Under the pieces are notes generated by a model. That model did not search any database. It saw nothing but the letters and a program-made list of their open reading frames with translations, and was not told the DNA's origin. Source: Malacoraja senta (lineage: Eukaryota). Taken from it: 61,023 bases of DNA. The position numbers were made by a program, and so were the translations under genes. The stretch is taken from the NCBI GenBank assembly GCA_038087875.1, contig JAXLNO010000419.1:1-61023 (forward strand), read 5' to 3'. Below are positions 13,122-24,462 of this stretch, piece after piece; the stretch's first letter is position 1, and every line of letters starts with the position of its first letter.

Positions 13122-13716
13122 TTAGGCTTAGGCTTAGGCTTAGGCTTAGGCTTAGGCTTAGGCTTAGGCTTAGGCTTAGGCTTAGGCTTAGGCTTAGGCT
13201 TAGGCTTAGGCTTAGGCTTAGGCTTAGGCTTAAGCTTAGGCTTAGGCTTAGGCTTAGGCTTAGGCTTAGGCTTAGGCTTAGGCTTAGGCTTAGGCTTTGG
13301 CTTAGGCTTTGGCTTTGGCTTTGGCTTTGGCTTTGGCTTTGGCTTTGGCTTTGGCTTTGGCTTTGGCTTTGGCTTTGGCTTTGGCTTTGGCTTTGGCTTC
13401 GGCTTTGGCTTTGGCTTTGGCTTTGGCTTTGGCTTTGGCTTTGGCTTTGGCTTTGGCTTTGGCTTAGGCTTTGGCTTAGGCTTAGGCTTAGGGCTTAGGC
13501 TTAGGCTTAGGCTTAGGCTTAGGCTTAGGCTTAGCTTAGGCTTAGGCTTAGGCTTAGGCTTAGGCTTAGGCTTAGGCTTAGGCTTAGGCTTAGGCTTAGG
13601 CTTAGGCTTAGGCTTAGGCTTAGGCTTAGGCTTTAGGCTTAGGCTTAGGCTTAGGCTTAGGCTTAGGCTTAGGCTTAGGCTTAGGCTTAGGCTTAGGCTT
13701 AGGCTTAGGCTTAGGG
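13122..13716 (+). repeat. Spacer tract TTAGGC/TTTGGC/TTAGGC with no TTAGGG run
   Basis: First TTTGGC of the window at 13296; ends TTAGGG|AAAA. Confidence 0.95.
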
Positions 13717-14995
13717 AAAATTAAAAAAACTCCGAGAAAAACGAGAGAAAACCCGAAGAAACGAGCGAAAATAGGGAACAACGGGTAAAGACAGGGAAAA
13801 TGAGAAAAAGCCGAAAACCCAAAAAATCTGAAAACGCGAATAGACAGGAATGAAACAAGAGAAAGCGGGCAAAAACAGGGAAAATTAGAATAACAAACCA
13901 GAAAACCCGAAACAACCCTGTTTTACCCGTTCTTCTCTTTTTTCGGGTTTTCTGGTTTGTTCGGGTTTTTCTTATTTGACTCATTTCTTTTCGCGTTTTT
14001 GCTATTTCACTGATTTCTTTTCGCGTTTTCGGCTTATCGGCTTTGTTCGGGTTTATCTCATTTTCCCTGTCTTTTCCCGTTATTCCCTTTTTTCGCTCGT
14101 TTTTTTTAGGTTTTCTCTGGATTTTTCTCGTTTTTATTTTCATTTCCGTTTTTTCCTGTTCCTCTCCATTTTCTCTCGTTTTTTTCTGTTTTTCGGGTTT
14201 GTTCGGCGTTTTCTCGTTTTCCATGTCTTTACCCGTTGTTCCCAGGGAAAATGAGAAAAACTCGAACCCGAAAACCCGACAAAATGCGAAAAAGAGAAAG
14301 AAACCGAGAGAAAAAGGAGGAACGGGCAAACAGGGAAAATGCAAAAAAAAACCCGAGAAAAACGAGAGAAAAATCGAAAACCCGAGAAAACGAGAGAAAA
14401 AAGGGACCAACGGGTAAAGACAGGGAAAATGAGAAAAAGCCGAACCCGAAAACCCGAATATATGCGAAAAACAGAAAAAAAACCGAGAGAAAAAAGAGCA
14501 ACGGGCAAATACAGGGAAAATGAAAAAAAAACCGAGAAAAAACGAGAGAAAACCCGAAGAAAACGAGCGAAAATAGGGAACGGGTAAAAAGAGGGGGAAA
14601 TGAGAAAAAGCCGAAAACCCGAAAAAACCTGAAAACGCGAATAGACAGGAGTGAAAGAAGAGAAAGCGGTCAAAAACAGGAAAAATTAGAATATCAAACC
14701 AGAAAACCCTAAACAACCCTGTTTTACCCGTTCTTCTCTTTTTTCGGGTTTTCTGGTTTGTTCGGGTTTTTCTTATTTTCCCTGTTTTTGCCCGTTTTCT
14801 CCTATTTCACTGATTCCTTCTCCCGTTTTCGGGTTTTTTCGGGATTTCGGGTTATCGGTTTGTTCGTGTTTTTCTCATTTTCCCTGTCTTTTCCCGTTGT
14901 TCCCTTATTTTGCTCGTTTTTTGGGGGTTTGCTCTGGGTTTTCTCGGTTTTTTCTGTTTTTCGGGTTTGTTCGGCGTTTTCTCATTCTCTCTCTC
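13717..14995 (+). repeat. Type B cassette (proximally truncated, extra ~215-bp segment)
   Basis: Begins at the internal TAGGGAAAAT site of sub-monomer 2; carries extra A-rich arm sequence at ~14483-14698. Confidence 0.9.
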
Positions 14996-17900
14996 TTAGG
15001 CTTAGGCTTAGGCTTAGGCTTAGGCTTAGGCTTAGGCTTAGGCTTAGGCTTAGGCTTAGGCTTAGGCTTAGCCTTAGGCTTAGGCTTAGGCTTAGGCTTA
15101 GGCTTAGGCTTAGGCTTAGGCTTAGGCTTAGGCTTAGGCTTAGGCTTAGGCTTAGGCTTAGGCTTAGGCTTAGGCTTAGGCTTAGGTTTAGGCTTAGGCT
15201 TAGGCTTTGGCTTTGGCTTTGGCTTTGGCTTTGGCTTTGGCTTTGGCTTTGGCTTTGGCTTTGGCTTTGGCTTTGGCTTTGGCTTTGGCTTTGGCTTTGG
15301 CTTTGGCTTTGGCTTTGGCTTTGGCTTTGGCTTTGGCTTTGGCTTTGGCTTTGGCTTTGGCTTTGGCTTTGGCTTTGGCTTTGGCTTTGGCTTTGGCTTT
15401 GGCTTTGGCTTTGGCTTTGGCTTTGGCTTTGGCTTTGGCTTTGGCTTTGGCTTTGGCTTTGGCTTTGGCTTTGGCTTTGGCTTTGGCTTTGGCTTTGGCT
15501 TTGGCTTTGGCTTTGGCTTTGGCTTTGGCTTTGGCTTTGGCTTTGGCTTTGGCTTTGGCTTTGGCTTTGGCTTTGGCTTTGGCTTTGGCTTTGGCTTTGG
15601 CTTTGGCTTTGGCTTTGGCTTTGGCTTTGGCTTTGGCTTTGGCTTTGGCTTTGGCTTTGGCTTTGGCTTTGGCTTTGGCTTTGGCTTTGGCTTTGGCTTT
15701 GGCTTAGGCTTAGGCTTAGGCTTAGTCTTAGGCTTAGTCTTAGGCTTAGGCTTAGGCTTAGGCTTAGGCTTAGGCTTAGGCTTAGGCTTAGGCTTAGGCT
15801 TAGGCTTAGGCTTAGGCTTAGGCTTAGGCTTAGGCTTAGGCTTAGGCTTAGGCTTAGGCTTAGGCTTAGGCTTAGGGTTAGGGTTAGGCTTAGGCTTAGG
15901 CTTAGGCTTAGGCTTAGGCTTAGGCTTAGGCTTAGGCTTAGGCTTAGGCTAAGGCTTTGGCTTTGGCTTTGGCTTTGGCTTTGGCTTTGGCTTTGGCTTT
16001 GGCTTTGGCTTTGGCTTTGGCTTTGGCTTTGGCTTTGGCTTTGGCTTTGGCTTTGGCTTTGGCTTTGGCTTTGGCTTTGGCTTTGGCTTTGGCTTTGGCT
16101 TTGGCTTTGGCTTTGGCTTTGGCTTTGGCTTTGGCTTTGGCTTTGGCTTTGGCTTTGGCTTTGGCTTTGGCTTTGGCTTTGGCTTTGGCTTTGGCTTTGG
16201 CTTTGGCTTTGGCTTTGGCTTTGGCTTTGGCTTTGGCTTTGGCTTTGGCTTTGGCTTTGGCTTTGGCTTTGGCTTTGGCTTTGGCTTTGGCTTTGGCTTT
16301 GGCTTTGGCTTTGGCTTAGGCTTAGGCTTAGGCTTAGGCTTAGGCTTAGGCTTAGGCTTAGGCTTAGGCTTAGGCTTAGGCTTAGGCTTAGGCTTAGGCT
16401 TAGGCTTAGGCTTAGGCTTAGGCTTAGGCTTAGGCTTAGGCTTAGGCTTAGGCTTAGGCTTAGGCTTAGGCTTAGGCTTAGGCTTAGGCTTAGGCTTAGG
16501 CTTAGGCTTAGGCTGAGGCTTAGGCTTAGGCTTAGGCTTAGGCTTAGGCTTAGGCTTAGGCTTAGGCTTAGGCTTAGGCTTAGGCTAAGGCTTTGGCTTT
16601 GGCTTTGGCTTTGGCTTTGGCTTTGGCTTTGGCTTTGGCTTTGGCTTTGGCTTTGGCTTTGGCTTTGGCTTTGGCTTTGGCTTTGGCTTTGGCTTTGGCT
16701 TTGGCTTTGGCTTTGGCTTTGGCTTTGGCTTTGGCTTTGGCTTTGGCTTTGGCTTTGGCTTTGGCTTTGGCTTTGGCTTTGGCTTTGGCTTTGGCTTTGG
16801 CTTTGGCTTTGGCTTTGGCTTTGGCTTTGGCTTTGGCTTTGGCTTTGGCTTTGGCTTTGGCTTTGGCTTTGGCTTTGGCTTTGGCTTTGGCTTTGGCTTT
16901 GGCTTTGGCTTTGGCTTTGGCTTAGGCTTAGGCTTAGGCTTCGGCTTCGGCTTCGGATTCGGCTTCGGCTTCGGCTTCGGCTTCGGCTTCGGCTTCGGCT
17001 TCGGCTTCGGCTTCGGCTTCGGCTTCGGCTTCGGCTTCGGCTTCGGCTTCGGCTTCGGCTTCGGCTTCGGCTTCGGCTTCGGCTTCGGCTTCGGCTTCGG
17101 CTTCGGCTTCGGCTTCGGCTTCGGCTTCGTCTTCGGCTTTGCCTTCGGCTTTGGCTTTGGCTTTGGCTTTGGCTTTGGCTTTGGCTTTGGCTTTGGCTTT
17201 GGCTTTGGCTTTGGCTTTGGCTTTGGCTTTGGCTTTGGCTTTGGCTTTGGCTTTGGCTTTGGCTTTGGCTTTGGCTTTGGCTTTGGCTTAGGCTTTGGCT
17301 TAGGCTTAGGCTTAGGCTTAGGCTTAGGCTTAGGCTTAGGCTTACGCTTAGGCTTAGGCTTAGGCTTAGGCTTAGGCTTAGGCTTAGGCTTAGGCTTAGG
17401 CTTAGGCTTAGGCTTAGGCTTAGGCTTAGGCTTAGGCTTAGGCTTAGGCTTAGGGTTAGGCTTAGGCTTAGGCTTAGGCTTAGGCTTAGGCTTAGGCTTA
17501 GGCTTAGGCTTAGGCTTAGGCTAAGGCTTTGGCTTTGGCTTTGGCTTTGGCTTTGGCTTTGGCTTTGGCTTTGGCTTTGGCTTTGGCTTTGGCTTTGACT
17601 TTGGCTTTGGCTTTGGCTTTGGCTTTGGCTTTGGCTTTGGCTTTGGCTTTGGCTTTGGCTTTGGCTTTGGCTTTGGCTTTGGCTTTGGCTTTGGCTTTGG
17701 CTTTGGCTTTGGCTTTGGCTTTGGCTTTGGCTTTGGCTTTGGCTTTGGCTTTGGCTTTGGCTTTGGCTTTGGCTTTGGCTTTGGCTTTGGCTTTGGCTTT
17801 GGCTTTGGCTTTGGCTTTGGCTTTGGCTTTGGCTTTGGCTTTGGCTTTGGCTTTGGCTTTGGCTTTGGCTTTGGCTTTGGCTTTGGCTTTGGCTTTGGCT

Positions 17901-19142
17901 TTGGCTTTGGCTTTGGCTTTGGCTTTGGCTTTGGCTTTGGCTTTGGCTTTGGCTTTGGCTTTGGCTTTGGCTTTGGCTTTGGCTTTGGCTTTGGCTTTGG
18001 CTTTGGCTTTGGCTTTGGCTTTGGCTTTGGCTTTGGCTTTGGCTTTGGCTTTGGCTTTGGCTTTGGCTTTGGCTTTGGCTTTGGCTTTGGCTTTGGCTTT
18101 GGCTTTGGCTTTGGCTTTGGCTTTGGCTTTGGCTTTGGCTTTGGCTTTGGCTTTGGCTTTGGCTTTGGCTTTGGCTTTGGCTTTGGCTTTGGCTTTGGCT
18201 TTGGCTTTGGCTTTGGCTTTGGCTTTGGCTTTGGCTTTGGCTTTGGCTTTGGCTTTGGCTTTGGCTTTGGCTTTGGCTTTGGCTTTGGCTTTGGCTTTGG
18301 CTTTGGCTTTGGCTTTGGCTTTGGCTTTGGCTTTGGCTTTGGCTTGGCTTTGGCTTTGGCTTTGGCTTTGGCTTTGGCTTTGGCTTTGGCTTTGCCTTTG
18401 GCTTAGGCTTTGGCTTTGCCTTTGGCTTAGGCTTAGGCTTAGGCTTAGCCTTAGGCTTAGGCTTTGGCTTTGGCTTTGGCTTTGGCTTTGGCTTTGGCTT
18501 TGGCTTTGGCTTTGGCTTAGGCTTAGGCTTAGGCTTAGGCTTGGGTTTAGGCTTAGGCTTAGGCTTAGGCTTAGGCTTAGGCTTAGGCTTAGGCTTAGGC
18601 TTAGGCTTAGGCTTAGGCTTAGGCTTAGGCTTAGGCTTAGGCTTAGGCTTAGGCTTAGGCTTTGGCTTTGGCTTAGGCTTAGGCTTAGGCTTAGGCTTAG
18701 GCTTAGGCTTAGGCTTAGGCTTAGGCTTAGCCTTAGGCTTAGGCTTAGGCTTAGGCTTAGGCTTAGGCTTAGGCTTAGGCTTAGGCTTAGGCTTAGGCTT
18801 AGGCTTAGGCTTAGGCTTAGGCTTAGGCTTAGGCTTAGGCTTAGGCTTAGGCTTTGGCTTTGGCTTTGGCTTTGGCTTTGGCTTTGGCTTTGGCTTTGGC
18901 TTTGGCTTTGGCTTTGGCTTTGGCTTTGGCTTTGGCTTTGGCTTAGGCTTAGGCTTAGGCTTAGGCTTAGGCTTAGGCTTAGGCTAGGCTTAGGCTTAGG
19001 CTTAGGCTTAGGCTTAGGCTTAGGCTTAGGCTTAGGCTTAGGCTTAGCCTTAGGCTTAGGCTTAGGCTTAGCCTTAGGCTTAGGCTTAGGCTTAGGCTTA
19101 GGCTTAGGCTTAGGCTTAGACTTAGGCTTAGGGTTAGGGTTA
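14996..19142 (+). repeat. Buried ~4.1-kb telomere tract (TTAGGC, TTTGGC and TTCGGC blocks)
   Basis: Uninterrupted hexamer array ending (TTAGGG)2 TTA. Confidence 0.96.
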
Positions 19143-20449
19143 AGAGAAGAACGGGTAAACAGGGTTGTTTCGGGTTTTCTGGTTTGTTATTCTAAAATTC
19201 CCTGTTTCCCCGCTTTCTCTTGTTTCACTCGTGTCTTTTCGCGTTTTCAGATTTTTTGGGTTTTCGGCTTTTTCTCATTTTCCCTATCTTTACCCGTTGT
19301 TCCCTATTTTCGCTCGTTTCTTCGGGTTTTTCTCGTTTTTCTCGGGTTTTTTTTTTCATTTTCCCTATATTTGCCCGTTGTTCTTTTTTCTCTCGTTTTT
19401 TTTTTCTGTTTTTCGCATTTATTCGGATTTTCGGGTTCGGCTTTTTCTCATTTTCCCTGTCTTTACCCGTTGGTCCCTTTTTTCTCTCGTTTTTCTCGGG
19501 TTTTCGATTTTTCTCTCGTTTTCTCGGGGTTTTTTTCCATTTTCCCTGTTTGCCCGTTCCTCCTTTTTCTCTCGGTTTCTTTCTCTTTTTCGCATTTTGT
19601 CGAGTTTTCGGGTTCGAGTTTTTCTCATTTTCCCTGGTAAATACATGGAAAACGAGAAAACGCCGAACTAACCCTAACCCTAACCCTAACCCTAACCCTA
19701 ACCCTAACCTAACCCTAACCCTAACCCTAACCCTAACCCTAACCCTAACCCTAACCCTAACCCTAACCCTAACCCTAACCCTAACCTAACCCTAACCCTA
19801 AGCCTAAGCCTAAGCCTAAGCCTAAGCCTAAGCCTAAGCCTAAGCCTAAGCCTAAGCCTAAGCCTAAGCCTAAGCCTAAGCCTAAGCCTAAGCCTAAGCC
19901 TAAGCCTAAGCCTAAGCTTAAGCCTAAGCCTAAGCCTAACCCTAAGCCTAAGCCTAAGCCTAAGCCTATGCCTAAGCCTAAGCCTAAGCCTAAGCCTAAA
20001 CCTAGGCCTAAGAGAGAGAGAATGAGAAAACGCCGAACAAACTCGAAAAACAGAAAAACCGAGAAAACCCAGAGAAAACCCCCAAAAAACGAGCAAAATA
20101 AGGGAACAACGGGAAAAGACAGGGAAAATGAGAAAAACACGAACAAACCCGATAACCCGAAATCCCGAAAAAACCCGAAAACGGGAGAAGGAATCAGTGA
20201 AATAGGAGAAAACGGGCAAAAACAGGGAAAATAAGAAAAACCCGAACAAACCAGAAAACCCGAAAAAAGAGAAGAACGGGGTAAAACAGGGTTGTTTAGG
20301 GTTTTCTGGTTTTTTTTTCTGTTTTTCGCATATATTCGGGTTTTCGGGTTCGGCTTTTTCTTCATTTTCCCTGTCTTTACCCGTTGGTCCCTTTTTTCTC
20401 TCGTTTTTCTCGGGTTTTCGATTTTTCTCTCGTTTTTCTCGGGGTTTTT
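19143..20449 (-). repeat. Inverted module 1: cassette head (19143-19667), (CCCTAA)n(GCCTAA)n (19668-20011), cassette tail (20012-20449)
   Basis: Reverse complement of a tail-spacer-head junction; ...CGCCGAA|CTAACCCTAA... and ...GCCTAA|GAGAGAGAGAATGAG. Confidence 0.95.
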
Positions 20450-20458
20450 CGCTCGGGG

Positions 20459-21477
20459 AAACGAGCGAAAATAGGGAACAACGGGTAAAGACAGGGAAAA
20501 TGAGAAAAAGCCGAAAACCCCAAAAATCTGAAAACGCGAATAGACAGGAGTGAAACAAGAGAAAGCGGGCAAAAACAGGGAAAATTAGAATAACAAACCA
20601 GAAAACCCGAAACAACCCTGTTTTACCCGTTCTTCTCCTTTTTCGGGTTTTCTGGTTTGTTCGGGTTTTTCTTATTTCACTCATTTCTTTTCGCGTTTTT
20701 GCTATTTCACTGATTTCTTTTCGCGTTTTCGGCTTATCGGCTGTTCGGGTTTATCTCATTTTCCCTGTCTTTTCCCGTTATTCCCTTTTTTCGCTCGTTT
20801 TTTTTTAGGTTTTCTCTGAATTTTCTCGTTTTTATTTTCATTTCCGTTTTTTCCTGTTCCTCTCCATTTTCTCTCGTTTTTTTCTGTTTTTCGGGTTTGT
20901 TCGGCGTTTTCTCGTTTTCCATGTCTTTACCCGTTGTTCCCAGGGAAAATGAGAAAAACTCGAACCCGAAAACCCGACAAAATGCGAAAAAGAGAAAGAA
21001 ACCGAGAGAAAAAGGAGGAACGGGCAAACAGGGAAAATGCAAAAAAACCCGAGAAAAACGAGAGAAAAATCGAAAACCCGAGAAAAACGAGAGAAAAAAG
21101 GGACCAACGGGTAAAGACAGGGAAAATGAGAAAAAGCCGAACCCGAAAACCCGAATATATGCGAAAAACAGAAAAAAAAACAGAAAACCCTAAACAACCC
21201 TGTTTTACCCGTTCTTCTCTTTTTTCGGGTTTTCTGGTTTGTTCGGGTTTTTCTTATTTTCCCTGTTTTTGCCCGTTTTCTCCTATTTCACTGATTCCTT
21301 CTCCCGTTTTCGGGTTTTTTCGGGATTTCGGGTTATCGGGTTTGTTCGTGTTTTTCTCATTTTCCCTGTCTTTTCCCGTTGTTCCCTTATTTTGCTCGTT
21401 TTTTGGGGGTTTTCTCTGGGTTTTCTCGGTTTTTTCTGTTTTTCGGGTTTGTTCGGCGTTTTCTCATTCTCTCTCTC
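20459..21477 (+). repeat. Partial forward cassette (distal ~1 kb)
   Basis: Resumes at AAACGAGCGAAAATAGGGAAC of sub-monomer 2 and has the canonical end. Confidence 0.9.
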
Positions 21478-21781
21478 TTAGGCTTAGGCTTAGGCTTAGG
21501 CTTAGGCTTAGGCTTAGGCTTAGGCTTAGGCTTAGGCTTAGGCTTAGGCTTAGGCTTAGGCTTAGGCTTAGGCTTAGGCTTAGGCTTAGACTTAGGCTTA
21601 GGCTTAGGCTTAGGCTTAGGCTTAGGGTTAGGGTTAGGGTTAGGGTTAGGGTTAGGGTTAGGGTTAGGGTTAGGGTTAGGGTTAGGGTTAGGGTTAGGGT
21701 TAGGGTTAGGGTTAGGGTTAGGGTTAGGGTTAGGGTTAGGGTTAGGGTTAGGGTTAGGGTTAGGGTTAGGGTTAGGGTTAG
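21478..21781 (+). repeat. Spacer tract (TTAGGC)n then (TTAGGG)n
   Basis: TTAGGG from ~21622. Confidence 0.97.
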
Positions 21782-23781
21782 TTCGGCGTTTTCTCGTTTT
21801 CATGTATTTACCAGGGAAAATGAGAAAAACTCGAAACCCGAAAACTCGACAAAATGCGAAAAAGAGAAAGAAACGAGAGAAAAAGGAGGAACGGGCAAAC
21901 AGGGAAAATGGAAAAAACCCCGTGAAAAACGAGAGAAAAATCGAAAACCCGAGAAAAACGAGAGAAAAAAGGGACCAACGGGTAATGACAGGGAAAATGA
22001 GAAAAAGCCGAACCCGAAAATCCGAATAAATGCGAAAAACAGAAAAAAAAAACGGAGAAAAAAAGAGCAACGGGCAAATATAGGGAAAATGAAAAAAAAA
22101 CCGAAAAAAACGAGAAAAACCCGAAGAAACGAGCGAAAATAGGGAACAACGGGTAAAGATAGGGAAAATGAGAAAAAGCCGAAAACCCAAAAAATCTGAA
22201 AACGCGAAAAGACACGAGTGAAACAAGAGAAAGCGGGGAAACAGGGAATTTTAGAATAACAAACCAGAAAACCCGAAACAACCCTGTTTTACCCGTTCTT
22301 CTCTTATTTCGGGTTTTCTGGTTTGTTCGGGTTTTTCTTGTTTTCCCTGTTTTTGCCCGTTTTGTCTTAATTCACTCATTTCTTTTCGCGTTTTCGGGTT
22401 TTTTCGGGTTTTCGGGTTATCGGGTTTGTTCGGATTGTTCTCATTTTCCCTCTTTTCCCTTTTTTCGCTCGTTTTTTTTAGGTTTTCTCTGGATTTTCTC
22501 GTTTTTATTTCATTTCCCTGTTTTTTCCTGTTCCTCTCTTTTTTCTCTCGTTTATTTTTCTTTTTCGGGTTTGTTCGGCGTTTTCTCGTTTTCCATGTCT
22601 TTACCCGTTGTTCCCAGGGAAAATGAGAAAATCCCGAACCCGAAAAACCCGAATAAATGCGAAAAACAGAAAAAAAAAACGAGACAAAAAAGAGGAACGG
22701 GCAAATATAGGGAAAATGAAAAAAAACTCCGAGAAAAACGAGAGAAAACCCGAAGAAACGAGCGAAAATAGGGAACAACGGGTAAAGAACAGGGAAAATG
22801 AGAAAAAGCCGAAAACCCAAAAAATCTGAAAACGCGAATAGACAGGAGTGAAACAAGAGAAAGCGGGCAAAAACAGGGAAAATTAGAATAACAAACCAGA
22901 AAACCCGAAACAACCCTGTTTTACCCGTTCTTCTCCTTTTTCGGGTTTTCTGGTTTGTTCGGGTTTTTCTTATTTCACTCATGTCTTTTCGCGTTTTTGC
23001 TATTTCACTCATTTCTTTGCGCGTTTTCGGCTTATCGGCTTTGTTCGGGTTGATCTCATTTTCCCTGTCTTTTCCCGTTATTCCCTTTTTTTCGCTCGTT
23101 TTTTTTAGGTTTTCTCTGGATTTTCTCGTTTTTATTTTCATTTCCGTTTTTTCCTGTTCCTCTCCATTTTCTCTCGTTTTTTTTCTGTTTTTCGGGTTTG
23201 TTCGGCGTTTTCTCGTTTTCCATGTCTTTACCCGTTGTTCCCAGGGAAAATGAGAAAAACTCGAACCCGAAAACCCGACAAAATGCGAAAAAGAGAAAGA
23301 AACCGAGAGAAAAAGGAGGAACGGGCAAACAGGGAAAATGCAAAAAACCCCGAGAAAAACGAGAGAAAAATCGAAAACCCGAGAAAAACGAGAGAAAAAA
23401 GGGACCAACGGGTAAAGACAGGGAAAATGAGAAAAAGCCGAACCCGAAAACCCGAATATATGCGAAAAACAGAAAAAAAAAACCAGAAAACCCTAAACAA
23501 CCCTGTTTTACCCGTTCTTCTCTTTTTTCGGGTTTTCTGGTTTGTTCGGGTTTTTCTTATTTTCCCTGTTTTTGCCCGTTTTCTCCTATTTCACTGATTC
23601 CTTCTCCCGTTTTCGGGTTTTTTCGGGGATTTCGGGTTATCGGGTTTGTTCGTGTTTTTCTCATTTTCCCTGTCTTTTCCCGTTGTTCCCTTATTTTGCT
23701 CGTTTTTTGGGGGTTTTCTCCGGGTTTTCTCGGTTTTTTCTGTTTTTCGGGTTTGTTCGGCGTTTTCTCATTCTCACTCTC
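21782..23781 (+). repeat. Full-length cassette (SNP haplotype CCCGTG, GGTAATGAC, GTTGATCTC)
   Basis: Canonical termini; SNPs shared with 27346-29340. Confidence 0.95.
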
Positions 23782-24462
23782 TTAGGCTTAGGCTTAGGCT
23801 TAGGCTTAGGCTTAGGCTTAGGCTTAGGCTTAGGCTTAGGCTTAGGCTTAGGCTTAGGCTTAGGCTTAGGCTTAGGCTTAGGCTTAGGCTTAGGCTTAGG
23901 CTTAGGCTTAGGCTTAGGCTTAGGCTTTGGCTTTGGCTTTGGCTTTGGCTTTGGCTTTGGCTTTGGCTTTGGCTTTGGCTTAGGCTTAGGCTTAGGCTTA
24001 GGCTTAGGCTTAGGCTTAGGCTTAGGCTTAGGCTTAGGCTTAGGCTTAGCTTTAGGCTTAAGCTTAAGCTTAGGCTTAGGCTTAGGCTTAGGCTTAGGCT
24101 TAGGCTTAGGCTTAGGCTTAGGCTTAGGCTTAGGCTTAGGCTTAGGCTTAGGCTTAGGCTTAGGCTTAGGCTTAGGCTTAGGCTTAGGCTTAGGCTTAGG
24201 CTTAGGCTTAGGCTTAGGCTTTGGCTTTGGCTTTGGCTTTGGCTTTGGCTTTGGCTTTGGCTTTGGCTTTGGCTTTGGCTTTGGCTTTGGCTTTGGCTTT
24301 GGCTTAGGCTTAGGCTTAGGCTTAGGCTTAGGCTTAGGCTTAGGCTTAGGCTTAGGCTTAGGCTTAGGCTTAGGCTTAGGCTTAGGCTTAGGCTTAGCCT
24401 TAGGCTTAGGCTTAGGCTTAGGCTTAGGCTTAGGCTTAGGCTTAGGCTTAGGGTTAGGGTTA
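23782..24462 (+). repeat. Mixed TTAGGC/TTTGGC tract ending at an inversion junction
   Basis: Two TTTGGC blocks, TTAGCT and TTAAGC markers, ends (TTAGGG)2 TTA|AGAGAAG. Confidence 0.95.

Noticed and set aside
1..13700. Homopolymer-length differences and single-base slips among proximal copies
   Set aside because: Pattern is typical of long-read consensus error and is denser here than distally; not treated as biological.
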